In this document: positions 27,726 to 38,094 of the stretch, piece by piece
Numbering within the stretch: the stretch's first letter is position 1
How the letters are laid out: every line of letters starts with the position of its first letter
NCBI GenBank assembly: GCA_964655705.1
Contig: CAZZPP010000004.1
Location: 15,338-79,337 of the forward strand
Length of the DNA stretch: 64,000 bases
Direction of reading: 5' to 3'
From: an uncultured Candidatus Saccharibacteria bacterium
GTDB taxonomy: Bacteria; Patescibacteriota; Dojkabacteria; SC72
Translations under genes and position numbers: made by a program
The notes under the pieces: generated by a model
The model's input: the letters and a program-made list of their open reading frames with translations, nothing else
Told to the model about the DNA's origin: nothing
Database searches by the model: none

Positions 27726-28244
27726 ATGGAAGATATAGTTAAGAAAGAGTTAGATAGCCTACTCTCTTTGTTAGATATAAATGCAGAGTATGATCTTTGT
27801 ATTGAGGAGATAGAGGAGGTTAAAAATATTAATATTTCTTTCACAGGAGAGAACTTAGGATATTTAATAGGTAATCATGGGAAACATTTAGAGTCATTAC
27901 AATATATCTTTAGTATGATGCTAAGAAAGAAGTTCGAAGAGGATACTAACTATAGAGTTATATTAGATGTTTGTGGATACAAGGAGGAGAAGAATAAAAA
28001 GATAGAGAGAATTGCATTACAGAAAGCAGACGATGTTAGGATACTAGGAGAGGCAATAGAATTAGAACCAATGAATCCATCAGATAGAAGGACTGTACAT
28101 GTAACTCTTCAAGTATTTGATGATATTAAAACAGAGAGTGTAGGAGAAGGAGAGGAAAGGAGAGTAAAGATTATTCCTCTTAATGAGAATGATATTATTA
28201 AACAATCAGATAACGAGGATAAAGAAGAGGAAAGCGAGGAGTAA
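27726..28244 (+). CDS. jag: Jag/KhpB RNA-binding protein (KH + R3H domains)
   Basis: GENLGYLIGNHGKHLESLQ (KH GxxG) and DRRTVHVTLQ (R3H); classic position after yidC; acidic C-terminus. Confidence 0.75.
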   Translation: MEDIVKKELDSLLSLLDINAEYDLCIEEIEEVKNINISFTGENLGYLIGNHGKHLESLQYIFSMMLRKKFEEDTNYRVILDVCGYKEEKNKKIERIALQKADDVRILGEAIELEPMNPSDRRTVHVTLQVFDDIKTESVGEGEERRVKIIPLNENDIIKQSDNEDKEEESEE

Positions 28245-28263
28245 ATCCCATCACTATTAAAAA

Positions 28264-28350
28264 CGGAGAGAGTGGGATTCGAACCCACGGTACGATTTCT
28301 CATACGCACGCTCTCCAAGCGTGTCCTTTCGACCGCTCAGGCATCTCTCC
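28264..28350 (-). tRNA. tRNA-Ser (anticodon GGA), type II
   Basis: Reverse strand GGAGAGATGCCTGAGCGGTCGAAAGGACACGCTTGGAGAGCGTG...GTGGGTTCGAATCCCACTCTCTCCG; anticodon loop TTGGAGA. Confidence 0.8.
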
Positions 28351-28351
28351 C

Positions 28352-28428
28352 TGGCGTACCCGGCCGGAATCGAACCGACAACCTACTGCTTAGAAGGCAA
28401 TTGCTCTATCCGATTGAGCTACGGGTAC
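28352..28428 (-). tRNA. tRNA-Arg (anticodon TCT), CCA encoded
   Basis: Reverse strand GTACCCGTAGCTCAATCGGATAGAGCAATTGCCTTCTAAGCAGTAGGTTGTCGGTTCGATTCCGGCCGGGTACGCCA; 1 nt from tRNA-Ser. Confidence 0.8.
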
Positions 28429-28471
28429 ATAAACATGCAATTCTATCAATAAATTTGATTAAAATAAAGGC

Positions 28472-30355
28472 TTATTCATCATCTTCTGACACCTCTATGT
28501 CTTTAATCTCAATTAGTATACCCCCCTCTCTTGTGGGAAATCTCTTTAAAAATGCAGGATAGTTCATTGGATCAAAAGTAGCATCAGGTTTTTTCTCAGC
28601 ATAATTAAGGGAATTTAGTAAATTCTTACCTTCATCCCATTCTAAACCCTTTAACTCATCTACTAATTCCTCCTTATCTATCTTTGGTTTAATATCCCCA
28701 CTTGCAACAATTTTGATTTTTACTGAACCTGTCTTAGCTTCTTCTACAGTAACTTCCTTTTGAATATCATCCCCTAGATCTAATTCCAAATCTTTTTCAC
28801 TCTCAAAAAGATTCTCCTCGACTGCTTTACTCCTGAGCAGATCTTTTAGTTTCTCAGTTAGTCCATCTGTTTTAAAATATGTAGCAGTACCCTTAATAGT
28901 AATATCTAAGTTAACATCTGTTGCCTCTTCTCCAACCTTCTTGTCTGTTTTAATACTACTTTTCTCTACAGAACTTAGTATTGAATCTTCAATTATTTCC
29001 CAATCACCAGAGATATCTCTTAATTCAGATTTAACCTCTTCTATTGCTGTAGTACTTAAGGCCTCGACACCATTATCTATATCAATCTGTGAAAGAACAG
29101 TATACTCTTCCTTAGTACCTCCTGTAATTGCGACCTTGTTTTTCCCAAATATTTCAGAATTTGGATAGCCTTGAATTGTGAAATTATCGTTGATTGTTGA
29201 GATGTTGTATTCAGGGCCAAAGGTAGAAGCTTCAATTGGGACCCCAGCGACTGTAAGTGCTGAAGGACAACTTAAGGAAACACTGTTTTTCAATTTATAT
29301 GTTTTTCCTCCAGTGTTAGTAACGATATGTCCTGCAGGGAGATTAATGGGTTGTGTATCTTCTAAACAAGGAGCATCAAAGTAAATATCGATTTGTCCTT
29401 CTGCATTCTCTCCATCGAATTTTTTACCTGTAGCTGTAATTGTACTAGAAAGACTCTTACTCTCTTCTTCACTCTTTATTGGTATTTTTAGATTCTCAAA
29501 ATCAATTTCATCAATCTTTTCATCTCCAGTTAAGATAGTTTCAACTTCGACTTTTTTTGATTCCACAAATATCTTTATTTTTACAAAAGTACCAAACTGA
29601 TTAAAAAGAAAACCACCTAATACAGTTAAAAGAAGTAATGGAACAAAAACAAGAAGAAATACCTTGAAAAACTTTTTTTTGTTAAATGGCTTAGAACCTT
29701 TAGAAAGACGAGGTTTAAAGTTAAAGAGTTTTTTAAGAAGAGGTTTCTTTTTTACTAGAGGTTGGATACTCTCGGTTGTAACAAGCTCTTCATTTGGAAA
29801 TGGAATATCCTCATCTATTGAAACAAACATATTACTCTTTTTAACACCCCTTTTATCTACATACCCTTTTGGGGTAGGATCTTCAACCTTAGAAGAATCT
29901 TCCTTCTTGGGTATTACTTTCTCTTTGGGTAACTCTTCAATTTTACTCTCAATCTTCTCTTCAAATACCTCATTTGTATCAGGAGTAGTTGAAACTTTCT
30001 CTAAGAATTTCTTGCGCTCTAATTTCTCCTTCTTTGTTTTAAGTATCATTTCTGAAGCTTCTTCCCATTCATATGGTGTAGGATTAGATGGAGTATCTAT
30101 TGTTTTAATACCTGCTAATTTTGCATTACGTATCCCTGTTGGATTTTGTATTATCTGTGCAATTAGCAACTTGTTCTCTCTTTGGGCAGTCTCATTTAGG
30201 ACTTTCAAGTTTATTGGGCTGATTAAAATATCTGTATGTTCTGTAAATGTTAGAACTATTCTCTCTGCCTTACTCTTATGGATATATCTTACTAAATCTG
30301 TAAGTTCGTGATTACTCTCTACAACTATTTTTGATGTTACTATTTTCTCTTCCAT
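28472..30355 (-). CDS. Bitopic membrane protein: about 225-aa Lys/Glu-rich cytoplasmic N-domain, one TM, about 380-aa extracytoplasmic domain; unknown function
   Basis: First ATG at 30355 (MEEKIVTS...), 2 nt after the stop of the upstream actin-like ATPase gene; TM FFKVFLLVFVPLLLLTVLGGFLF. Confidence 0.5.
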   Translation of the reverse strand: MEEKIVTSKIVVESNHELTDLVRYIHKSKAERIVLTFTEHTDILISPINLKVLNETAQRENKLLIAQIIQNPTGIRNAKLAGIKTIDTPSNPTPYEWEEASEMILKTKKEKLERKKFLEKVSTTPDTNEVFEEKIESKIEELPKEKVIPKKEDSSKVEDPTPKGYVDKRGVKKSNMFVSIDEDIPFPNEELVTTESIQPLVKKKPLLKKLFNFKPRLSKGSKPFNKKKFFKVFLLVFVPLLLLTVLGGFLFNQFGTFVKIKIFVESKKVEVETILTGDEKIDEIDFENLKIPIKSEEESKSLSSTITATGKKFDGENAEGQIDIYFDAPCLEDTQPINLPAGHIVTNTGGKTYKLKNSVSLSCPSALTVAGVPIEASTFGPEYNISTINDNFTIQGYPNSEIFGKNKVAITGGTKEEYTVLSQIDIDNGVEALSTTAIEEVKSELRDISGDWEIIEDSILSSVEKSSIKTDKKVGEEATDVNLDITIKGTATYFKTDGLTEKLKDLLRSKAVEENLFESEKDLELDLGDDIQKEVTVEEAKTGSVKIKIVASGDIKPKIDKEELVDELKGLEWDEGKNLLNSLNYAEKKPDATFDPMNYPAFLKRFPTREGGILIEIKDIEVSEDDE

Positions 30356-30357
30356 AT

Positions 30358-31614
30358 TTATACTTCCCAATTTATATCTTTAGTCTTTCTGTCTACCTCC
30401 ATATCATACAAGAATTTTGCCAAGGAGGCTGGTGTAATATCGTAGAGATTTTCGAGTGACCCACTATTATCAGTAACTGTACCCAAGAGATTGGGTGTAA
30501 ACATATCAATCTTTGGTACTAGAGCTATTGGTAAATACCTCTTCCAAGGAAATTCCATTAGAGAGAGTTTAATATCTGGAAGTAAAGCTCCTCCTCCACA
30601 CAAATAGATTTGAGTAGGAAGGGGACCTAGGTCTTCGCAATTTTCTAAAGCTACTTTCAGGGTCCTCATCCAAAGAGTTGCTGTAGTATACATGGTTTTT
30701 TGTACTTGTCTCATGACTTCTTTAGGAAGATCTTTCTCTGAATATTTAATCTTCCTTTGTTCAGCATGCCTAAAATCAGAGTCTGTTAATCTAGCTAACT
30801 CTTTAGTAAATACCCTTCCCCCAAATGCAAACATCTGTGTCTCTGCAACATTCCCGTTTTTAACTATTGCTACATCTGTAGTACCTCCTCCAATATCCAG
30901 AAATATGGCAGAGAAATTGGCATTTTTACCACCAGAGTGGGCTCTAGCTACAGCGAAAGGTTGAGATACAATACCAAGGACTTCAAAGTTAAGAGAGTAA
31001 GCAACTTTTCTTAGAGCTTCTGTATATGTTTTGGGAGCAAAGGATGCATAGAAATTTAACTTAACCTCTCTTCCTTTGTATCCTACTAAGGTATTAACTG
31101 GCATGCCACCAATCTCCATACCTGTTGGGGTAATATGTAATATTTCAATATCATCATTTTTAAGACCTGTTCGAAGTCCTAAATCCTCTTTCCCACTAAC
31201 AGAAATCTGAGATTTAACCTCGTTAATAATCCTATCCTGTTCTTTTTTAGTTACTTCTTTCTCAAAATGCTCCTCTCTTTCATAGTTAACAACTATTGAT
31301 ACTCCCTGGATATATTCTCCTGCTATACCCATAATGACGTACCTAGGATATTCTTCTGGTTTAAGATTAGTAACTAGTTCGTTTATCGAAAGTTTACAGT
31401 TTTCTAACACCGTATCTAGGTTGGTAATAATTCCACTTCTCATGGCATGTTGTTGCTGTTGGATACGAGACACTTTGTTTACTGAAACACCATATTCATT
31501 CATTGTAAAGAGTAAACTTTTTATTGTCTCTGTACCGATATCTAAAGCAACAATGGAAGTTTGTCCATCTAGAAGGGGTCCCCTTTTCGATTTTCGAGTT
31601 GGCAGTTTTATCAT
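30358..31614 (-). CDS. Actin-fold ATPase of the FtsA/PilM family
   Basis: 418 aa; phosphate-1 IVALDIGTETIK and phosphate-2 IFLDIGGGTTDVAIV motifs; size favours FtsA but no ftsZ adjacent. Confidence 0.6.
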   Translation of the reverse strand: MIKLPTRKSKRGPLLDGQTSIVALDIGTETIKSLLFTMNEYGVSVNKVSRIQQQQHAMRSGIITNLDTVLENCKLSINELVTNLKPEEYPRYVIMGIAGEYIQGVSIVVNYEREEHFEKEVTKKEQDRIINEVKSQISVSGKEDLGLRTGLKNDDIEILHITPTGMEIGGMPVNTLVGYKGREVKLNFYASFAPKTYTEALRKVAYSLNFEVLGIVSQPFAVARAHSGGKNANFSAIFLDIGGGTTDVAIVKNGNVAETQMFAFGGRVFTKELARLTDSDFRHAEQRKIKYSEKDLPKEVMRQVQKTMYTTATLWMRTLKVALENCEDLGPLPTQIYLCGGGALLPDIKLSLMEFPWKRYLPIALVPKIDMFTPNLLGTVTDNSGSLENLYDITPASLAKFLYDMEVDRKTKDINWEV

Positions 31615-31645
31615 ATGTATTTATTATATCACTAAAGACATCTAA

Positions 31646-33343
31646 CTATACAATCACTATTTGTATAATGGGTTCTCTCTCTGTTTTTTTGTATATATAT
31701 TTATTTATTACCTTCTCAATACCTGTTCTCAATTCGTCATATTCATATTTATTTCTCTTTTTGGAATCATTCAACCACTCCCTATGAGCATCAAAGATTA
31801 AAGTCTGAATCTCTTTAAGGAGTTCCTGAGATTTTTTCATATATATGAACCCACGAGAAACAAATTGGGGTCTACCCATTAATCTGTAGGTATTACTACT
31901 TAGATTAAGAACGATAATGAACATACCATACTCAGATAGTTGCTTTCTGTCCTTGAGAACAATCTCTCCTGTATCACCTACTCCTAATCCGTCAATTAGT
32001 ATTGGTTTAGACTCAATGGGCTTTGTCTTAATCCACGTTCTTCCATTAAAATTCCACACTACTCCATCATCTGTTAAAAACACATCCTCATCTCTCATCC
32101 CCCAAGAAAGATAGTTCTTTTTGTTGAAATATCTAAAGGTTAAAGGACCATGTATTGGCATAACTGTTTTAGGAGCGATTAAGTCAAACATAATTTTCAT
32201 ATCTTCCTGATTACCATGCCCACTAGAGTGAATCTTTGTATCTATGGTATCTTTAAGTAAATCAGCACCTAGACCAATTAATCTGTCTGTCATTTGTTCA
32301 ATGCTAGATACATTCTCAGGTATTTCAGAAGAAGACATTATTACTAGATCTCCTTTCTTAATCTTAATATATTTATGTTCATTTAAAGATATTCTGTTTA
32401 ATGCAGCGAACCTTTCCCCTTGACTACCAGTAGAAAGAATTAAAATCTCGTTATCCTTGTATTTAGGAATATCTCTCTCTTTAACAACTAATCCTTGAGG
32501 AATTTTGATATATCCCTGATTACTCGCAATTGATATAGTTTGTTCTAAACTTCTTCCAGATATTACAATCTTTCTGTTAGTTCTCTTAGCTATCTCAAAC
32601 AGTGCATACAATCTTGTAAGCAAAGAGGAGAATGCAGCAACAAGAACTCTTCCTTGAGTATTTGCAATTACCTTACCTAAATTCTCGAAGATCTCTGTTT
32701 CAGATGGAGACTTACCCGTTTTAGTAGCATTAGTACTCTCCATTAAGGCTAAATCTATTCTTCCTCTTAACGATTTTAATTTTGCATAGTCTGCCTCTAA
32801 TTCATTTGTAGGTTGTGTATCAATTTTGTAATCTCCTGAAAAAAATACATTACCCTTTCTACTTTCAACAAATATTGAGAAAGCATCTGGAATACTATGA
32901 TTTATACCAATGAAAGTAGCCCTAAAGTTCTTACCAATATTAATAGTGGTATGCCTGGTTACACCAAAAATCTTTGTCTTACTCTTTAAGTTGTACTCCT
33001 CTAATCTAGCCTCTATTAAGGCTTTTGCAAAAGCACCTGCATATACAGGAGGATAGTCAAGTTCAGGTAACATCCATCTTAATGCACCAGTATGATCTAA
33101 ATGTCCGTGTGTAATTAAAATAGCTTTAACCTTCTTTTTATTTCTCTTTAAATATCTAAGATTGGGAATTAGGTAATCTACGCCATACATTTCTTGGCCA
33201 GGGAATGAGTAGCCAGCATCTACTATTACAATCTCATCTCCCAATTCAATGAAATTACAGTTTCTCCCAATCTCAGAAGTACCAGACAGAGTACATACTT
33301 TCAAGGTATCATTTCTTGAATATTGTTTGTTGTTGTTTTCCAT
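31646..33343 (-). CDS. rnj: Ribonuclease J (metallo-beta-lactamase / beta-CASP)
   Basis: 565 aa; ILITHGHLDHTGAL (HxHxDH), beta-CASP motifs, C-terminal domain. Confidence 0.9.
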   Translation of the reverse strand: MENNNKQYSRNDTLKVCTLSGTSEIGRNCNFIELGDEIVIVDAGYSFPGQEMYGVDYLIPNLRYLKRNKKKVKAILITHGHLDHTGALRWMLPELDYPPVYAGAFAKALIEARLEEYNLKSKTKIFGVTRHTTINIGKNFRATFIGINHSIPDAFSIFVESRKGNVFFSGDYKIDTQPTNELEADYAKLKSLRGRIDLALMESTNATKTGKSPSETEIFENLGKVIANTQGRVLVAAFSSLLTRLYALFEIAKRTNRKIVISGRSLEQTISIASNQGYIKIPQGLVVKERDIPKYKDNEILILSTGSQGERFAALNRISLNEHKYIKIKKGDLVIMSSSEIPENVSSIEQMTDRLIGLGADLLKDTIDTKIHSSGHGNQEDMKIMFDLIAPKTVMPIHGPLTFRYFNKKNYLSWGMRDEDVFLTDDGVVWNFNGRTWIKTKPIESKPILIDGLGVGDTGEIVLKDRKQLSEYGMFIIVLNLSSNTYRLMGRPQFVSRGFIYMKKSQELLKEIQTLIFDAHREWLNDSKKRNKYEYDELRTGIEKVINKYIYKKTEREPIIQIVIV

Positions 33344-33426
33344 ATCCCCCCATTATATCAAATATGTAATACATATATTGGAAAGTATATAAAATTGAAA
33401 GAGGCTGATATAATACAGGAAGGAAA

Positions 33427-35664
33427 ATGAAAGAAGAGATATCAAAAACATTTGAGCAGAAAGAAAAAGATATATACTCCCTTTGGGAGAGTTCTAAACT
33501 CGCAAACCCACAGGATATGGAGCAGTATCTTGCGAATGAGGGATGGGATGTTAAAAAACCTTTTACAATTTCCTTACCTCCTCCTAATGCAAATGCTAAT
33601 TTACATATTGGTCATATGTGTGGTTACTCTTTCCATGACGCTATTGGTAGATATATGAGAATGACTGGACATCCCACACTTCTCCTTCCAGGAAAGGATC
33701 ATGCTGGTATTCAAACAGAGACATCATTTACAAAGATTTTGAAAGAGAGAGGGATAGATAAATGGGAGTTAGGTAGGGAGAAATTCTTTGATATGTGTTT
33801 TGAATTTAGTCTTAAAAATGCAAGTAATGCGAGACAACAGGAGAAAAACATTGGTCTTTCTGCAGACTACTCTCGAGAATATTTTACATTAGATCCTAAA
33901 TTAACCAAGATTGTGTATGAGACATTCTTTAAGATGTTTAAAGAGGGATTAATATACAGAGACAAGAGGATAGTAAATCAATGCTCTAGTTGTAAAACAG
34001 CATTGGCAGATGTTGATACTGAGCACGAGGAAAGAAGGGGAATATTCGCATATATTAAGTATCCCGTTGTAGGAAGTAAAGACGAATATATTATGGTAGC
34101 GACTACTAGGCCTGAGACTATGCTTGGGGATAGTGCAGTCGCAGTAAATCCTAAAGATGAAAGGTACAAGAAATATATTGGAAAAAAGGTATTACTTCCA
34201 ATTCAGGAGAAAGAGATTCCCGTTATTGCAGACGAGGAAGTAGATATGGAGTTGGGAACGGGTGCTGTAAAAGTAACTCCTGCACACTCTCCTGTAGATT
34301 TTGAATTAGGTAAAAAACACGATTTAGAGATTGTAAACGTAATTAATGGAGATGGAATAATGGAAGGAGATATTCCTGAGAGATTTAAGGGTTTAGATAC
34401 ACTCTCTTGTTCTAAGAAATTATGTGAGGAGTTAGATGAATTAGGTCTTTTAGAAGATATCCAAAATATTAAACATGAGGTTGCAGTATGTGAAAGATGT
34501 AGAACCCCAATAGAACCCATTATCTCTAACCAATGGTATGTTGATGTAAAATCATTAGCAAAAAGATCATTAGAGGCACTAAGGAGTAAAGAAACATATG
34601 TAATACCTTCGGGTCAACAGAGAGCATTAGAGTACTTCTTTGAAAATATCCAACCCTGGTGTATATCTAGGCAGTTGTGGTGGGGACAGAGAATCCCTGT
34701 ATGGTATAGCGGAGGGAAACATCTTTATGATTGGTTGAGAGAAAACAAAGGTAAAGATGTAGATGACTATATTAAAGAGACAAAAAACAAGGTAAATGGT
34801 ACGGGTGAAATCTTTTTAGGAGAAAAAGCACCAGATAATTCTGGTAGTTGGGAGGCTGAAACAGATATGTTTGACACATGGTTTAGTTCTAGTCAACTTC
34901 CTTACTCAACCCTAGGGGGTATTGAAGGTAATGATTACAAAAAATATTACCCTACTCAGATGATGATTCATGCAAGAGACATTCTTTACTGGTGGTCTGC
35001 AAGAATGATGATGATGGGTATTTACAAAACAGGGATACCTCCATTTGGGGTTGTATTCCTTCATGGAATAATTCTTGCTTCAGATGGGAGTAAGATGTCT
35101 AAATCTAAGGGTAATGGCGTAGAGCCTAGTGAAATGATTGGTAAGTATGGTGCAGATGCACTTAGACTTTGGTATTACTCAGATGCTCTCCCAGGTTCTA
35201 ATGCACCAATTAGGGAAGAGAAAATTAAGGGCAACAGAAATTTTGTTAACAAGATATGGAATGCTAGTAGATTCATATTGATGAATATTGAGGAGAGTGA
35301 GAGGGAAAAGGTATCAAGATTAGAGATAGATACTTCATTAGAGAGAATTCAGGAAACAGAGAAACATATTTCTAAGGTTTCAAAGTATATTGAGAAATAC
35401 CAATTTAATCTAGGGGCAGAAAGTATACGGGAGTTCTTTTGGCATCAATTATGTGATATATGGATAGAGGAGATTAAAGAAGAGATTCAGAGGGAAGACA
35501 TTGGTTCTAAGCAAAGGATTGAGAAATTAGTAGAGCTATTATATATCCTTAAAAGGAATTTAATGATAATGCACCCCTTCATCCCCTTTGTTACAGAGTC
35601 AGTATGGCAAGAGCTAGTAGAATTACATCTAGCCAAGGGAGTATTAATGGGTCAACAGTTGTAA
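33427..35664 (+). CDS. valS: Class I aminoacyl-tRNA synthetase, valyl-tRNA synthetase-like, compact (745 aa)
   Basis: PPPNANANLHIGH (cf. PPPNVTG.LH.GH of ValRS), PGKDHAGIQTE (ValRS PGTDHAGIATQ), KMSKSKGN; lacks the usual C-terminal coiled-coil. Confidence 0.65.
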   Translation: MKEEISKTFEQKEKDIYSLWESSKLANPQDMEQYLANEGWDVKKPFTISLPPPNANANLHIGHMCGYSFHDAIGRYMRMTGHPTLLLPGKDHAGIQTETSFTKILKERGIDKWELGREKFFDMCFEFSLKNASNARQQEKNIGLSADYSREYFTLDPKLTKIVYETFFKMFKEGLIYRDKRIVNQCSSCKTALADVDTEHEERRGIFAYIKYPVVGSKDEYIMVATTRPETMLGDSAVAVNPKDERYKKYIGKKVLLPIQEKEIPVIADEEVDMELGTGAVKVTPAHSPVDFELGKKHDLEIVNVINGDGIMEGDIPERFKGLDTLSCSKKLCEELDELGLLEDIQNIKHEVAVCERCRTPIEPIISNQWYVDVKSLAKRSLEALRSKETYVIPSGQQRALEYFFENIQPWCISRQLWWGQRIPVWYSGGKHLYDWLRENKGKDVDDYIKETKNKVNGTGEIFLGEKAPDNSGSWEAETDMFDTWFSSSQLPYSTLGGIEGNDYKKYYPTQMMIHARDILYWWSARMMMMGIYKTGIPPFGVVFLHGIILASDGSKMSKSKGNGVEPSEMIGKYGADALRLWYYSDALPGSNAPIREEKIKGNRNFVNKIWNASRFILMNIEESEREKVSRLEIDTSLERIQETEKHISKVSKYIEKYQFNLGAESIREFFWHQLCDIWIEEIKEEIQREDIGSKQRIEKLVELLYILKRNLMIMHPFIPFVTESVWQELVELHLAKGVLMGQQL

Positions 35665-35683
35665 CAAGGATATCTTTTACTAC

Positions 35684-37432
35684 CTATTCTTCTTTACTAT
35701 TCTCAATCTTTTCGAAAAGAATGGAGGGTGTATTTAATCTCTTCCCAGATTCTAACGGGGTAAATACCCACATATCTTCTAGTTTACTTACTTTCCCTTT
35801 CTCTTGTAGTTCAATATTTGCATCGTACTCATCATTAATATTTAGTATATCAGAGAGTTTTGAAGAACTCTGCGGAACAAAAGGTTTAAGCAAAACTCTT
35901 AATGCATTAACTAACTGTATTGAATTGTATATTGTACCTTTACACTCATTAGTATTTTCTTTGTAAGATACCCAAGGGGCTTTGTCATTAAAATATTTGT
36001 TTGCATAATTACCAAATCTAAGAAGTTCCTCACTTGCTTTAACAAATTCGCAATTCTCAAGATGTTTACCAATACTGTTAAAAGCGTTCTGTATAGCATT
36101 ATTTACCTCCATTTGAATATTACCCTCAGGAATAGTATTTTCAAATTTAGTATTAGTGAAAGAAAGAGTCCTGTTTACGAAATTACCGATGTTTGCAACA
36201 AGTTCATTATTATTACAATCAATCAGATCTTTCCATTCAAATTCCCTATCGTGATTTTCTGGAGCATTTCTGATGAAGAAGAATCTCAAAAGATCTGAAC
36301 TATATTTTTCTAAAAGAGAGTCAACTGTCATACCAGTACCATCTCCTTTTGACATCTTTTTACCCTTGTAAAGAAGCATTTTGTTAGCTGGAATATCATA
36401 TGGAAGTACTAATTTCTCCCTTTTTGTTTCTCCAGGTAGTTTGTATTTCTCCCAAAGTTGGTCATTATGGTATTTCTCACTATATGCAAGTAACTGAGCA
36501 GGCCATATTATTGTATGAAATGGTACATTCCCTCCTGCTATGAAGTAGTAATGCTTACAATCAGGATCCTTCCAGAAGGATTCCCACGCACTTGGAGTAC
36601 CCATCTTTTCTGCCCATTCAATTGATGCAGAAAGATATCCAACAACGGCTTCAATCCATACATAGATTACTTTCTCTTCCCATCCCTGTATTGGAACAGG
36701 AATACCATATTTCATATCTCTAGTAACCTCTCTAGGGTCGAGTCCCTCTCTAATCCATCCTTTAGTGAACTCTCTAACCCATTTTCTCCAGTTATCACTA
36801 CTTGAGTTTACCCATGTTGATATATTCTTTTCCAAGGTTTTTAAATCTAAGTAGAAGTGTTCAGTCTCTTTTAATACAGGTTTGGAATCAGAAAGAGTAC
36901 TCTGAGGATCTAGCAAGTCTGTAGGTTTTAAAAATTTTCCACACCCAGAGCACTCATCCCCTCTTGCATTAGTTGCCCCACACTCAGGACAGGTTCCTCT
37001 TACATATCTATCTGGAAGAAATTTGTTTACTTTCTCGTCATAGTATTGTTTAGATTTCTGAGGATAGAGATATCCTAAATCTTTTAGTACTAGAAAGATA
37101 TTCTGCACAACAGTCTGATGATTTGGAGTTGTCGTTGTTGTGTAATTCTCGTAAAGGAGAGTCAGTTTCTTAAACGTATCAAGGATTTCCTTATGTGATT
37201 GGTCAACTAATTTCTCAGGAGTAATGCCTAATTCTTCTGCCTTAAAAACTATGGGAGTACCATGACTATCACTTCCAGAAACCATTAGAACTTGGTTTCC
37301 TTTAATCCTATGATACCTAGCAAAAACATCACAAGCGATATTCTGTCCAGCAAGATGACCTAAATGAATCTTACCACTTGCATATGGCCAAGAAACACCA
37401 ACAAAGATTTTTTTAGAATTAGGAATGCTCAT
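35684..37432 (-). CDS. metG: Methionyl-tRNA synthetase (core, without C-terminal tRNA-binding appendage)
   Basis: N-terminus aligns with canonical MetRS (WPYASGKIHLGHLAG...GSDSHGTPIVFKAEELGITPEKL vs E. coli ALPYANGSIHLGHMLE...[23 protein letters not shown]), zinc knuckle CPECG...CSGCG, KMSKG variant of KMSKS. Confidence 0.85.
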   Translation of the reverse strand: MSIPNSKKIFVGVSWPYASGKIHLGHLAGQNIACDVFARYHRIKGNQVLMVSGSDSHGTPIVFKAEELGITPEKLVDQSHKEILDTFKKLTLLYENYTTTTTPNHQTVVQNIFLVLKDLGYLYPQKSKQYYDEKVNKFLPDRYVRGTCPECGATNARGDECSGCGKFLKPTDLLDPQSTLSDSKPVLKETEHFYLDLKTLEKNISTWVNSSSDNWRKWVREFTKGWIREGLDPREVTRDMKYGIPVPIQGWEEKVIYVWIEAVVGYLSASIEWAEKMGTPSAWESFWKDPDCKHYYFIAGGNVPFHTIIWPAQLLAYSEKYHNDQLWEKYKLPGETKREKLVLPYDIPANKMLLYKGKKMSKGDGTGMTVDSLLEKYSSDLLRFFFIRNAPENHDREFEWKDLIDCNNNELVANIGNFVNRTLSFTNTKFENTIPEGNIQMEVNNAIQNAFNSIGKHLENCEFVKASEELLRFGNYANKYFNDKAPWVSYKENTNECKGTIYNSIQLVNALRVLLKPFVPQSSSKLSDILNINDEYDANIELQEKGKVSKLEDMWVFTPLESGKRLNTPSILFEKIENSKEE

Positions 37433-37535
37433 AACTGTAGTATTTATTATATCAAAATATATTTTTTTCTACTAACATATGGAAACTTTTTAGAAACCCT
37501 TGTATACTGTAGGTAGTAGTCATAGTAACTGCCCT

Positions 37536-38093
37536 ATGTTAAAAACAAATGACCAAACAAAATCAATTAACTTTCTCCAACCAGTTGGGGGCTCTGATGG
37601 TGTAATACAAACCTCCTTTTCTTGGTTAACATCTATAGGGAAATGGATGCTTATGGTAGTAGAAGCAATAGTCCTAGTTGCGTTTGGATACAGATTAGTA
37701 ATGGATGGAAAAAACAACGATTTAACTTCACAGATTAATGATCAGGTTAAGACATTAGAGAACAATACATGGAAAAAGAGTGCTATTAAATACCAAAATC
37801 TTCAATACCTTCTTACGGATATTAAGGCTGTAAAAGAGGGTCAAGATATTAATTCTAATTTAATATCTGAGATTATTAATGGAGTACCAATTACCTTAAT
37901 GGTAGAGAGTATTTCAATTAACAAAGGGAAAGTATCTCTTTCCATCAAGACTACAGATTTCAAGGCTTTAAGAAGTTATGAAGAGGGTCTAAAAAATAAC
38001 TCTTCTTACAGTGATGTAAGAGTAAATATTGATTTAAAAGGTGTTGAGTATGATGTTAGTATTAGTTTTCAAGTAGTTAAACAAACAGAGTAA
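37536..38093 (+). CDS. pilN: PilN-like type IV pilus assembly protein
   Basis: Short cytoplasmic N-terminus with KSINFLQP (cf. conserved PilN INLLP motif that binds PilM), single TM, coiled periplasmic domain; ATG at 37536 (ORF-track start 37500 is TTG). Confidence 0.6.
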   Translation: MLKTNDQTKSINFLQPVGGSDGVIQTSFSWLTSIGKWMLMVVEAIVLVAFGYRLVMDGKNNDLTSQINDQVKTLENNTWKKSAIKYQNLQYLLTDIKAVKEGQDINSNLISEIINGVPITLMVESISINKGKVSLSIKTTDFKALRSYEEGLKNNSSYSDVRVNIDLKGVEYDVSISFQVVKQTE

Positions 38094-38094
38094 T

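Noticed and set aside
28272-28562. 96-aa ORF MGFEPTVRF...
   Set aside because: Covers the tRNA-Ser(GGA)/tRNA-Arg genes on the opposite strand
29664-30311. 215-aa plus-strand ORF
   Set aside because: Antisense to the 632-aa bitopic protein gene; no independent support
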